64,000 bases of DNA from the NCBI RefSeq assembly GCF_035594765.1, contig NW_026943824.1, forward strand, positions 8,450,317 to 8,514,316, in the 5' to 3' direction. Numbering within the stretch: the first letter of the stretch is position 1; each line of letters starts with the position of its first letter. This DNA is from Anolis carolinensis (lineage: Eukaryota). This document shows, piece by piece, positions 31,401 through 42,066 of the stretch. Below the pieces are notes generated by a model. The model did not search any database, was not told where the DNA came from, and saw nothing but the letters and a program-made list of their open reading frames with translations. The translations under genes and the position numbers were made by a program.

Positions 31401-33477
31401 ACAACTTCTGAGGATGCCTGCCATGGATGTGGGCAAAACACCAGGAGAGAATGCTTCTGGAACATGGCCATACAGCCCGGAAAACTCACAACAACCCACT
31501 GATTCCGGCCATGAAAGCCTTCGACAACACAGTTCATAAGCTCATAAGGTTTACAAATATTTTATCTATGGATTTGCCTTTCCAGAGAAGTATCTCACCT
31601 TAACGCACATAGAGAACTCAGAGCTTCACCTCGAAAGCCGAACGTTTCAACATTTATAAGGTCAGAGAAATCTTGTATCTTGGATGTATGATGTTTTAGA
31701 GCTGGAAGTTAAAACCAGAAACAGGGAATGTGTTTAGATTGCAGTTACTGTTAAAGTAGGAATGATTGTATATAGAATTGTTTAAATGTAATTAAGTCAT
31801 GGTGGTGCAATGTGTGCTGGAGATTGTATCATGCACTGTGTACTGTTTACTATGACAGTGTGTAAAGGGTTAAGTGCCTGCAAACTTGGATTGCATCAGA
31901 CAGCAGAGTCTGGGATAAATTGCCCTCTGCTTCCTATCTTTCTCTTCTCTGGATTCCTTCCCGTGTGTGCCTGTGTGAGAGCTGTGTATTGTTTTGTGGA
32001 ATTCCGTTCGTGAGTAAACTTTTGATAGAGAGCTGAAGACTCCAGCGTCATCATTTATCTAGTGTTTTCTCGTCAGTGACTTCTGCTGCGTGTGTGCCTA
32101 GCAAAATCGCGCTGACAGTTACCATTATCTCACAGCACTGGATTTACTGCCTCTGGCTAACAGTAATATCTGGCCACCTATTACATAGTGACCGCCAAAT
32201 GCAGCATTGCCCAAACACGAATCAAGGAACATGAAAGGCCAGAGAAGTCAGCCATAGAAGAGCACTTGATGAACCAACCTGGACACAGCATATTATTGGA
32301 GAACACAGCAATGCTGGGCCACTCTAACAACCACCAGACTACTTAAACTTACTTAAGCCAGCAAAGTTTTCCTCTTCGACGCCACAACCGTTATCAGAAA
32401 CTTCAATGAGATCTGCGCCATAATCTTTCAGCTTTACTTCTACAAAACATAAAGATTATTTGTTAGTCAAAGCATTTAAATTTTTAAAAAGTTACAAGGC
32501 ACCTCTCAACATACCTCTGCTGTTGACAATCTGGTGGCAGTTGAAGTTAAACTGCACTTTTAGAAAAATATCATGGGGCAGCATTTTATTGGGGGGGGGG
32601 GGGGAACAATACCCTTATATTGCTCCTTGGAGATGTAGTTTGTCAGATATGACACCATAACGCCCATTGGATCCAACTAGCATAGCCAGCGATGGAGAAC
32701 AATGGAAACCATGGTCCAACAATATCTTACAGCCACGTAATACTTTTGCAGGTTTGTGATCCCACCAGTTCTTTGTTGCTGGGAGGTGGTACTTGAGGCA
32801 TAAGTTCCAATGGATCATTTGGGCCACATAGTTGTGCCTCTGCTAGTAGTCTGTCTGTGCGATTTTGTTACAGCAGCTGAGGATATGATCAATGGTTTTG
32901 TCGGTTTCCCTGCACAGTCTGCATTTTGGGTCATCAGCTGATTTTTCGATCGTGGCCTTAATTGCATTTGTTCTGATGGCTTGCTCCTGGGCTGCAAGGA
33001 TCGGGCCTTCTGTCTCCTTATTCAGGGTCTCATTCGTGAGCCAGAGCCAGGTCTTCTCCTTATCAGCTTTTCCTTCAATTTTGTCAAGGAACTTTCCATG
33101 CAATGTTTTGTTGTGCCAGCTGTCGGCTCTAGTTTGTAGTGCGGTTTTCTTGTACTGGTTAATAATAATACAGTAGACTCTCACTTATCCAACATAAACG
33201 GGTCGGCAGAATGTTGGATAAGCGAATATGTTGGATAATAAGGAGGCATTAAGGAAAAGCCTATTAAACATCAAATTAGGTTATGACTTTACAAATTAAG
33301 CATCAAAACATCATGTTATATAACAAATTTGACAGAAAAAGTAGTTCAGTACAAAATAATTCTATGTAGTAATTACTGTATTTACAAATTTAGCACCAAA
33401 ATATCACGATTTTTTGAAAACGTTGACTACAAAAATGCGTTGGATAATCCAGAATGTTGGATAAGTGAGACTCTACT

Positions 33478-33513
<36 letters not shown>

Positions 33514-36500
33514 TTATATGGCTTTGTGGAAGGGCCCTGAGATGCTGTTAAAACTTCAACTCCCAGAAGCTCTCGACACCACGGACAAGAGCTAAAAATT
33601 CTGGAAATTGCAGTCCAAAAACAACCTTTATCATGCGTTTAATACTATGCTATACCATACCATCAATTTTGTATTAAATATTGAAAGACAATCATGATAA
33701 CCAACATCGTCCCCGAAAGCAAAGATTTCGAAATGAGCCCCAAAACTTACCCACAGTTGTGGCACCGGCGTCGATACTATTTTCCACCAGCTCTTTCACC
33801 GCCGTACATAGATTCAGCACCACTTGTCCGGAGCATATCTGGTGAACCGATCTACGGTCTATTGGCTTGATGGCTTTAGCAGACTCTGCCCTTTGAGCAA
33901 AAACACAAACAGCATTACTTTTCCAAGTTCAGCGGGATATAGAAGCAATAGGGTGCATTTTAGAAGGGATTCGATGAAGAAAATGTGGTGCCAGAGTTAC
34001 CAGACATGGTATCTATCTATCTATATATATATAAAAGGCTTTTGGCATCATGGCGACTCACAAAACAACAAAACCCCAAACCCCCCAAACTCAAAAATTG
34101 CCAACACAATCAATCATCCCCGCCTCAAGTAAGATACAACACAATTACACTAAAAACACAATCACAACAGCAACAACCACAACAGGCGACCAGGTACTCT
34201 TCACCCACCCCTGAGCCTTCCCTCCAGCTGTTTTCAACTTCAACTCTCACCATTCCTAACACCTTAACCTTCTGAGAGAAAAAAACAAAAGGGACTCAGG
34301 CTGTTACGAATGCTGGGAGTTGAAGTCCAAACCACCTGCAGCAGGCCCATGCCTGTATCCCAGGGTACAGACAAACTGCATTTAGACCTCATCCATACTC
34401 ATCCATACTACTGTCCCTAGAAAATACAGATTATCTGATTTCAACTCCATTATGTGGCAGTCTACACTCAAACCCCTGCCACACAACAATATTACCCAGA
34501 ATACCAAGGCACATCTGCCAATATCTCCTTTAAACTGGATTATCTACCTTGGTATGCTAAATAATATTCCTCTGACATCGCCTTCACTCTACACTGCCAT
34601 CTAATCCAGTTCAGTCTACATTTTATACAACTATGTACAACTGACCTCATATAATCCAATTCTAACCACCTAATATAACATTATAAATATAATATATAAG
34701 ACTTACTATGGTATAATAATAGAAAACAATATGATCTCTAAAACCAGGAGACGAAATAAAGACCAACACTCGGAAAGCAGGGAAATTGGGAATTCTACAA
34801 ACGAAACAATTGGGGCCAGCTAACACTTCCCAACAAAACATTCCTCCAGACAGTAAACAAACACCCTTTCAACCTGCAAGGCCATTAAAAACTAATCAAG
34901 GTGGCTAATTCCATCATTTAAACCTCCCACGCCGACACTATTAATTCCTATTCAAACTCACCAACCAAGGATTCCGCAAGGTAAAAACCGACCAGGCTTA
35001 CAACCATCAAGCCTATTCAATACTTTTCAACCAGGCCAACCAACATTTCCCCTACATACAAAACCCCCAAACTCTGAAACCACAACACTACTCTGTCCCA
35101 TTCAACCTCGCCTAGCAACAATACCTTATGTGCAAACCAACCAGGCGTTTAACCTACAAACCTATTCAATACCATTCAATCTGGCCAAACAAGAATTCCC
35201 CTACTAAGGAAGTACCCACACTTCAAAGCGCCTCTTTGATTAATGCTACGACTCCAACCACTCTGTTGTCGATCGCACTTTGGGGGATCGGGCCCTTAAA
35301 GAGAGACCCGACCCGGTCCTGAGGGAACGGACCTTGGCGAAGCCAAAAGGAGAATATAAGCCGCAATACAACCTGAAGCCTGAAATGAAGAAGGTCCGCC
35401 AAGTTGAAGGAAAATCCGCCAAGGAGTTTTTATTGAGCAATTCAGCTGAAAAGGACGCTAATAGTGATCATTCAATCTACTAGTGTAACATACGTTTCAA
35501 ATAAAGCCATATTTATACAATGTTTCGGTCTGACAGCCCTTTGAATTTCCCGCCCCGCTTCCCCGCCCATCCGATCGCGGATAGGCTGGGAGGTTGAACG
35601 AGGCGGGCTTTCGTTTCCCGCCTTGCTCTGCTGGCCCAATGGGGAGCCGTTTTTTGTCCCCCCTCGGGCCAATCAGAGAGGAGGAGGCGGGAGCTATAGA
35701 AACAATGAGGTGACCGGACAGGAAACATCGGATTAATTCTGGCCCAGCCGATTTCTAAAGGAATTTAATGGCACCCATCAAGGGTGTCCGGGGTCCTGTC
35801 ACGTTTTCAGATTTTAGATATGCCTTGGGGTGTCAGACGGGAAGTGGTGATGGGTGGTGATGAGCCGCCATTGACGGCCCCACAGGGTGCCTTCCAGCGG
35901 CGTCCTGGCCTGGGATATGACGATGTTTGCCTTGGGGGCGAGTCACCTTTAGGAATTTGGTGACTCTAAACCCTATATTGTCCATGCGATCGGAATGAGA
36001 TTGGATTAAACTGTGGCAGATTATCCTTTTGTTTTTGGGAAGGGAGGTCTGGGTCATGGAGCTAAGGTTCACGTTGGGGTCATAATATTTCCCATTTGAT
36101 TTCATGATTTGACAATTATATGGGATAAAATGAAAATTAAAATAAAGTTGGAACATAAACCCAGCTGGGAAAAACACATATTTTCCGGGGATCCCAAAGA
36201 GTATAAATACATATTAGCCGATAGGTAGATTTCAAGGAAATAAAGGAGAATCCATAAAGGTAGGTGACATTGCATAAAGGGGAATCATGAATGATATAAA
36301 CAATAGAAAACATTTGATAAAAACGAAGTTTACAACATCTGGGGAACCCAATATAGAAGTGGAGTCCTAACAGTATGATTTCACAATTCATGAAGTTGTT
36401 ATCTCTTGCCTCAGAGTGCAGGGATAATCCACAGTAAACTCCAGTAAAAAGTCCCAATCACCTTCTACTATAAATATATGGAATATAGAACATAAAGTCT

Positions 36501-38854
36501 TGATTTTTGAACTATCTTTTACAAAGTCCTGGAGGGGAGGTCACCTCGATCACATTTTCCCCCCTTCGGGGCTTGGAAATGGCTATGAACATTTCCCAAA
36601 GCCCCGACATTTCACTGCATGCAGGGCCTCTGCCTTGGTAGATCAGATTGTGCCTTTTTGTTGGAGGGCAGGAGCTTGAAGAGGTGAAAGCTGAGGTTCA
36701 GTCAGTGGTGGGTGATCCCATGGTGTTGAAACAGATGTCCCTTGGTCTGGAGTCATGGGAAATGGAGCATGAAGGTGGAGGTGGTGAGGGCTGGGGATGA
36801 TGGAGGCTGTGATGCAGTACTCCCATTTGGCTGCCTTTTCTTGGCTGCAGCTTGGGCCCCCCTTTGTAGTTGGCAGCTGGGGGCAACTGGGCACAGCTTC
36901 TGCGCCTCACAGCACGGCGCCTCCTGGTGACTGCAGGCAGGTCCAGCACTCCAACAGAGGAGACGGAAAGGAGAGAGTGCCTAGGGAAACTAAGGACAGA
37001 TTATAAGCCCCCCCTCCCTCCCGTGGTGGGGTTAGTCAGGGAAGTCACTCATACCTTGTGAGGGCTCCAGCAGTCCTGGGGTCCTTCTTTGGCACAGCTC
37101 TGGTGAAAGTGGAACATCCTTCCCTCATGGTGGTCACTGGTAGAATCCTGTTCATTTCTTCTGGGACATCTTCTGCCATGGCGGCCAATTCTGTCCCCTG
37201 GTGATGTCATGAGGGCCTCCTTGGCAGCGTCAAAGGCAGACCTGCACTCAGTAGCCCTTTGCCAGGGCAGAACCAGGCCAGCTGGAGGGCACCATACGGT
37301 GGTCTGGCCATAAAAGCCTGCCATGTGCAAGAATCCTTTCAGCAGTGTCTTAGTCTCTAGCCCCTGAGCCAGGCAGATGGGGCTGCTTCCCCCGTTGGGG
37401 TCTCAGATCAGCCCCAGGTGGGGCTGTCTCTTCTGGGTGACTGGGGGTCCGGGCTTACCCTCACAGGACCATCTCCAATGGCCTCTGGGTTCTAGCTGCT
37501 GCATGAAATCCACAGCGCACTCCGAGAGCCCCTACCCAGGTCTTAGAACTGTTCATGGTGGCAGGTATGGATTATGGGTCTTGCAGTCTGGTCTGATGTC
37601 CTCAGTCAGGTGGTTGGGTCCGGTCCTCTGGATCTCTTCAGCTGTGCCTGGAAGGTCCCCTGGACTCTGTACTGCCCCCCCCTCATAATTAAAGGCAGTT
37701 AGAGGGATTTTTAAAACATTCACACGCATGCACTCAGGGAAAGGGAGGGAGAAGGACCCGAAAGGAAGAAAGGAGATTGTTCGGGAACTGTGGAGAGTGA
37801 AAGAGTGCCTTCACTATAAAAGTAAACCAGGATTTTGACTGAATGTTTATAAGGAGAAATGGGGATGCTGGGAAGGAAGGGGGGGGGGGAGCTTTGAAAA
37901 AGGAGAATGTTGAAGTGCATTTCGGCCTAGGAAAACATGAAGTGGAAGAGAGAGAGAGAGAGAGAAAAAAAACTCACATATAGAAAAATACATCAATTCT
38001 TCCATCCCCCCCTTTTCTCTCTAAGATAAGGGAGGCTTGAGGAGAGAGAGACAAGAAAAAGTTAAAACCACAGAAGCAGCAGGTTTTCTCTGGGGGGGGG
38101 GGTCTCACAAAATATTAGGGCTTGAACCTTTGAAAATAGGGAGGTGAGATGGCACAGAAGAAAAGGGAGAGAGAGAGAGCATAGCACTAAGCTAGTCCAT
38201 TCCAGCCCTCCTTCCCAGAAAACTATATATCACTGGTGGCTTTTAAGGCAAAGGGATGAGTAGAGAAGAGTTTACAGCCCACACATTACATAAACACACA
38301 AAATTTAATCAACACTTTTCTGGGAGTCCCCTTCCCCCACCCAAATCCTTTGCCATGCTTCCCAGATGGGAAAGAAAGAAAAAGGGGAAATTAAGAAACA
38401 GAAGCGGCTAAAGGAATGGCCCCCCTCCCCCCTTTTGTAAGGACCAAAGGAAATATAAGACAACACTGAGGTAAAATCTTAGGGATAGTGTCTAGAAAAT
38501 GGGAACAAAGGGAAATAAGGGATTTTAAAAGGTGAGAAGAGAGGAAGGAGAGGAGAAATGGATTTGAGATTTGAGGGAGAGAGAGAGATTTTCACTCAGG
38601 CCGGGGAAGAGAGAGAGAGAAAAGAAAAAAAGGGTACAATTTGAGGGTAGGCAAGGCAGAATATCAAGTTGGAGAAGATTTGATTTGAAAGAAGGAAGCA
38701 ATCCTTGGAGAACTATAGATCTTGGTGGCAGGCTTCAGGACTGAATCTTCTCCCCCCTTTGCCCCTCCAAAAACAGGAAGAGGAAAAAAGTGTCCTCTTT
38801 GCACAATCTCCCCGCGGCCCCTCCTTCTCCTCTCTCTCCAAGAGAGGAATGAGC

Positions 38855-38914
<60 letters not shown>

Positions 38915-41900
38915 TGGTGGGGGCAAGAGAAGGAGGGGGATGGTGGGGCGATTCTTCCCATCTGAGGAAAACTCAGAATGTGGCAGGAGTTGAGTGGCAG
39001 GGGCAGATACAATTTGGGGGGGGGGGCATCAGGCTTCAAAGGAACGGCTGGGATGGGGGCTGAGAGAGTGTGACTTGAGAAGAGGAACAGTGTTTTGGAT
39101 CAGGTGTGTTTCGAGGTGAGAGGGGAGGGGGCTGGGAGCCCTCCTTCACGTTAGACTGGGCTGAACTCTCTGGAGGGGAATTTCTTGGGGGGGGGGATCC
39201 CTGAAGTAAGGGTTCCCTTGGAAGGCCAATTTGGGAGTCCTGGATCAGTGTAGGACTCAGGGTGAGGAGAAAAGGTGGGGATGGGGATTGGAGGAGGGGG
39301 CTGATGGGGTGGGGAGAAGGCAAGCAAATGTGTCCAGAAAATCCTCTGGAGGAGGGGGTAAGGGGAAAAGGGTCTAGGGGGGAATCTTTGGGGGGCTGTT
39401 TTTGGAGCCCAAATCTCTGCATGGGAAGACGTGGGCCCCCCTCCCCCCCTCCGATTCTCTCCCTGGCTTAGGGCCATGAACATTGCAGCATAAGCAAGTT
39501 GGGACCACTTGCCCTCCCCCTGGCGAGTCACCTTAGGTCAACACTCCGAATTCGGCGACTCGAGCAAGGGGGGGGGCAAGCTGTTCCCCCTTCAAGGGCC
39601 ACAAGGGGCCACTTATGTGCTCTGAGTTAGCCCAACCTGGCCTGCACCATGTTTTTTGATGCAAAGCCCACCCCAATTGGCCAGGATCTTACCCAATGGA
39701 GAATCCCTGGGGATGTCTGCTGGGGTGGGACACCCTAGACGTGCTTGAACAAACACCCATCCTTGGCTCAGCCCCTGCCCAGTACCTGACAGTTAATGGA
39801 GTAACGACTCACCCACCGGCTGGATGCAACTCGTCCTTTCAAGAGTTCTCCCTACACCAAGGCTGAATGGCTGGCGTTCGTGGGATCCGCAGGTGCCCCG
39901 GGAACACAATCGTTCCCCTACCCCACGATCCTAGAACCTGTAATCTTACAAGCCAGACTGTTCTCACACACCACCGGGCGCCAGATGTTCCCGCGTTTCA
40001 CCAGGAATTTGTTACCGAGCCCTGATCCGAAGTGCAATACCTCCAGAACTCCGCCCACCTGGGTCTTAACAACGGGGCCGGTTCCCTTTTATTTTTACAG
40101 GGCGTCCCCTGTTTCACGTTGGCGCCTTTCCTTCGAGGAGCTAAAAATCTGCTTCCTCCTATCTGGCTCCTTTGTTCAGTACCCTGAATCAGATCTAGAG
40201 AGAGAAAGGGGCTGCCAGAGAAATTTGGATGTGAAATGAGGTCAATTTGTTGGTCGGAGGGCCCTCCTTGCAGCCGTTTCTCTCCCCAACCTGTCCCAGA
40301 ATATCTGGACCAAGGTTGCCGCTTGGAATTTTAGCCTAGAAATTGATCTTTGGAACTTCCAAGCAAGTCCCTTCGTGGTAAAGCCAAATTATGTTGTCGA
40401 TCGCACTTTGGGGGATCGGGCCCTTAAAGAGAGACCCGACCCGGTCCTGAGGGAACGGACCTTGGCGAAGCCAAAAGGAGAATATAAGCCGCAATACAAC
40501 CTGAAGCCTGAAATGAAGAAGGTCCGCCAAGTTGAAGGAAAATCCGCCAAGGAGTTTTTATTGAGCAATTCAGCTGAAAAGGACGCTAATAGTGATCATT
40601 CAATCTACTAGCGTAACATACGTTTCAAATAAAGCCATATTTATACAATGTTTCGGTCTGACAGCCCTTTGAATTTCCCGCCCCGCTTCCCCGCCCATCC
40701 GATCGCGGATAGGCTGGGAGGTTGAACGAGGCGGGCTTTCGTTTCCCGCCTTGCTCTGCTGGCCCAATGGGGAGCCGTTTTTTGTCCCCCCTCGGGCCAA
40801 TCAGAGAGGAGGAGGCGGGAGCTATAGAAACAATGAGGTGACCGGACAGGAAACATCGGATTAATTCTGGCCCAGCCGATTTCTAAAGGAATTTAATGGC
40901 ACCCATCAAGGGTGTCCGGGGTCCTGTCACGTTTTCAGATTTTAGATATGCCTTGGGGTGTCAGACGGGAAGTGGTGATGGGTGGTGATGAGCCGCCATT
41001 GACGGCCCCACAGGGTGCCTTCCAGCGGCGTCCTGGCCTGGGATATGACGATGTTTGCCTTGGGGGCGAGTCACCTTTAGGAATTTGGTGACTCTAAACC
41101 CTATATTGTCCATGCGATCGGAATGAGATTGGATTAAACTGTGGCAGATTATCCTTTTGTTTTTGGGAAGGGAGGTCTGGGTCATGGAGCTAAGGTTCAC
41201 GTTGGGGTCATAATATTTCCCATTTGATTTCATGATTTGACAATTATATGGGATAAAATGAAAATTAAAATAAAGTTGGAACATAAACCCAGCTGGGAAA
41301 AACACATATTTTCCGGGGATCCCAAAGAGTATAAATACATATTAGCCGATAGGTAGATTTCAAGGAAATAAAGGAGAATCCATAAAGGTAGGTGACATTG
41401 CATAAAGGGGAATCATGAATGATATAAACAATAGAAAACATTTGATAAAAACGAAGTTTACAACATCTGGGGAACCCAATATAGAAGTGGAGTCCTAACA
41501 GTATGATTTCACAATTCATGAAGTTGTTATCTCTTGCCTCAGAGTGCAGGGATAATCCACAGTAAACTCCAGTAAAAAGTCCCAATCACCTTCTACTATA
41601 AATATATGGAATATAGAACATAAAGTCTTGATTTTTGAACTATCTTTTACAAAGTCCTGGAGGGGAGGTCACCTCGATCACAACTCCACAAAACGGCCAG
41701 ACTTTCACGCTACAAGGCTATTCACTCCTTTTCCACCTGGCCAACAAATAATTCCCATAAGCCACAGCAACGCGTGGCCGGGCAAAGCTAGTATTATATA
41801 TAGAGATATATATTGAGAGAGAAGGCAAGGGGAACTATTGGCCCTGCAGGTGTTTTGGACTCCAACTCCCAGCATGCCTCACAGCCTCAGGCCCTTTCCT

Positions 41901-42066
41901 TTTCCCCCTCAGCCGCTTAAGGGGGAAAAGGAAAGGGCCTGAGGCTGTGAGGCATGCTGGGAGTTGGAGTCCAAAACACCTGCAGGGCCCAAGTTTGCCC
42001 AGGCCTGACATAGATGCAGACATACATACACAGACCACAATAACATTACCTTGGAGCAATCTCCAT
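11727..42066 (-). CDS. PMS2: Mismatch repair endonuclease PMS2 (MutL-alpha subunit), 15 coding exons, 845 aa
   Basis: Exons 42066-42050, 33890-33751, 32439-32353, 31701-31599, 31111-30928, 30819-30652, 29105-29008, 27241-27142, 25693-25609, 25509-25357, 23978-23159, 19580-19413, 17997-17897, 14434-14265 and 11870-11727 (total 2538 nt). All introns are GT-AG and in phase. GHKL motifs [16 protein letters not shown] and GFRGEAL; endonuclease motif [12 protein letters not shown]; ACR; CPHGRP. Confidence 0.97.
12236..13156. mobile_element. Tc1/mariner-superfamily non-autonomous element (TIR CCGTATATACTCGAGTATAAGCC)
   Basis: TIRs with TA flanks; second copy at about 27797-28183. Confidence 0.7.
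13157..14060. repeat. AT-rich minisatellite (about 160-bp unit)
   Basis: AGTGGTATAGTACA recurs at about 13320, 13641, 13803 and 13981. Confidence 0.8.
14678..16336 (+). mobile_element. Sauria SINE split by L1
   Basis: tRNA-like head (GGTTCGAATCC), core GAGTAGATCAATAGGTAC and (ACCTTT)n tail. Confidence 0.75.
14816..16080 (+). mobile_element. 5'-truncated L1 (ORF2 C-terminus, 3' UTR and polyA) inserted in a Sauria SINE
   Basis: 13-bp TSD GAAAACATGCAAA (14803-14815 and 16081-16093). Degenerate CWKC..H..C knuckle. AATAAA plus A-tail. Confidence 0.85.
16705..17367 (+). mobile_element. Solo LTR inserted in a LINE/SINE tail
   Basis: TG...CA termini with imperfect TSD GTCAC/GTCCC. Similar to 1482-2260. 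Confidence 0.65.
18119..18628 (-). mobile_element. Non-autonomous Helitron (second subfamily)
   Basis: Reverse-complement TC...CTAG termini; near-identical to 29755-30245. Confidence 0.85.
18650..19335 (+). mobile_element. Sauria SINE split by a solo LTR
   Basis: Head at 18650-18744; body resumes at 19100. Confidence 0.75.
18745..19099 (-). mobile_element. Solo LTR nested in a Sauria SINE
   Basis: 5-bp TSD CTCCT; reverse-complement paralog of 31749-32117. Confidence 0.75.
19715..19955 (+). mobile_element. CR1 LINE 3' fragment
   Basis: AACATTAGGAAGAACTTCC...GGATGGCCATCTG...; degenerate (ATTCTATG)-type tail. Confidence 0.7.
21219..21510 (+). repeat. 112-bp tandem repeat, about 2.6 copies
   Basis: TTAGAGTGTTTGC at 21221, 21333 and 21445. 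Confidence 0.9.
22356..23071. mobile_element. hAT-type MITE
   Basis: TIR CAGGGGTCC...GGACCCCTG with 8-bp TSD CTCTACTG. Related copies at 20847-21218 and about 21640-22177. Confidence 0.85.
24372..24701 (-). mobile_element. Sauria SINE
   Basis: Full-length paralog of 9376-9696. Confidence 0.8.
26203..26665 (+). mobile_element. tRNA-derived SINE (Anolis SINE2-like, with L2-type tail) nested in a mariner MITE
   Basis: Box B-like GAGTTCGAAGCC and tail CCCTGAGTCCCCTTCGGGGTGAGAAGGGCGG. It interrupts MITE 26016-26805. Confidence 0.65.
26825..27100 (+). mobile_element. R4/Dong-like non-LTR retrotransposon 3' fragment within (TAA)n
   Basis: Translation [20 protein letters not shown]...QLQK (C-terminal restriction-like endonuclease region), flanked by TAA repeats. 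Confidence 0.7.
29281..30245 (+). mobile_element. Two head-to-tail Helitrons (29281-29754 and 29755-30245)
   Basis: Junction ...CACAGCTAG|TCTATATATATAAAAGGG; each unit has both termini. Confidence 0.85.
31749..32117 (+). mobile_element. Solo LTR in PMS2 intron 3
   Basis: TG...CA termini with 5-bp TSD GTTAC. Confidence 0.8.
32740..33160 (-). mobile_element. R4/Dong-like LINE fragment (CCHC knuckle region)
   Basis: [16 protein letters not shown]...[18 protein letters not shown]. Confidence 0.75.
35264..36554 (-). repeat. 3' LTR of the ERV
   Basis: Preceded by the PPT on the minus strand. TATAAAT at 35517-35511, AATAAA at 35434-35429, and GC, CCAAT and E2F-like (TTTCCCGCC) boxes at 35540-35700. 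Confidence 0.95.
36900..37400 (-). pseudogene. pol: Decayed pol remnant (RT thumb/connection, possible integrase scrap)
   Basis: [18 protein letters not shown] and [17 protein letters not shown] resemble RT thumb/connection motifs. No YxDD and no long ORF. Confidence 0.6.
39036..39760 (-). pseudogene. gag: Frameshifted retroviral gag remnant (matrix plus proline-rich region)
   Basis: MGVCSS (myristoylation consensus) at 39760, then in other frames [11 protein letters not shown] and [16 protein letters not shown]. These resemble class-I ERV matrix motifs. A Pro-rich segment follows; multiple stops and frameshifts. Confidence 0.75.
40392..41682 (-). repeat. 5' LTR of the ERV
   Basis: Direct repeat of 35264-36554 at an offset of 5128. 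Minus-strand TATAAAT at 40645-40639 and AATAAA at 40562-40557. Confidence 0.95.
41840..41989. repeat. Palindromic hAT-like MITE
   Basis: Perfect inverted arms of about 69 bp around a short CTCAGCCGCTTAA loop. Confidence 0.85.

Larger units (their letters stand above)
35264..41682 (-). mobile_element. Non-autonomous class-I-like endogenous retrovirus (provirus) in PMS2 intron 1
   Basis: Two 1291-bp direct repeats, TG...CA (35264-36554 and 40392-41682). 4-bp TSD ACTC (35260-35263 and 41683-41686). PBS-like TGGCTTTACCACGAAGGGAC at 40386-40367. PPT AAGGGGGGAAAA before the 3' LTR. Gag and pol remnants inside. Confidence 0.95.
34020..41791 (+). mobile_element. Composite non-autonomous Helitron (about 1.35 kb) split by the ERV
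   Basis: A|TCTATATATATATAAAAGG 5' end. The 3' end GCCACAGCAACGCGTGGCCGGGCAAAGCTAG|T has a subterminal hairpin. The interior is degraded MITE and Penelope-like fragments. Confidence 0.8.

Noticed and set aside
35280-36457. ORFs of 64-114 aa duplicated exactly at 40375-41585
   Set aside because: They lie inside the LTRs. The duplication reflects LTR identity, and no protein motifs are recognisable.
38705-39063. ORFs with (ER)n or (SL)n repeats
   Set aside because: An (AG)n microsatellite within the decayed ERV interior.
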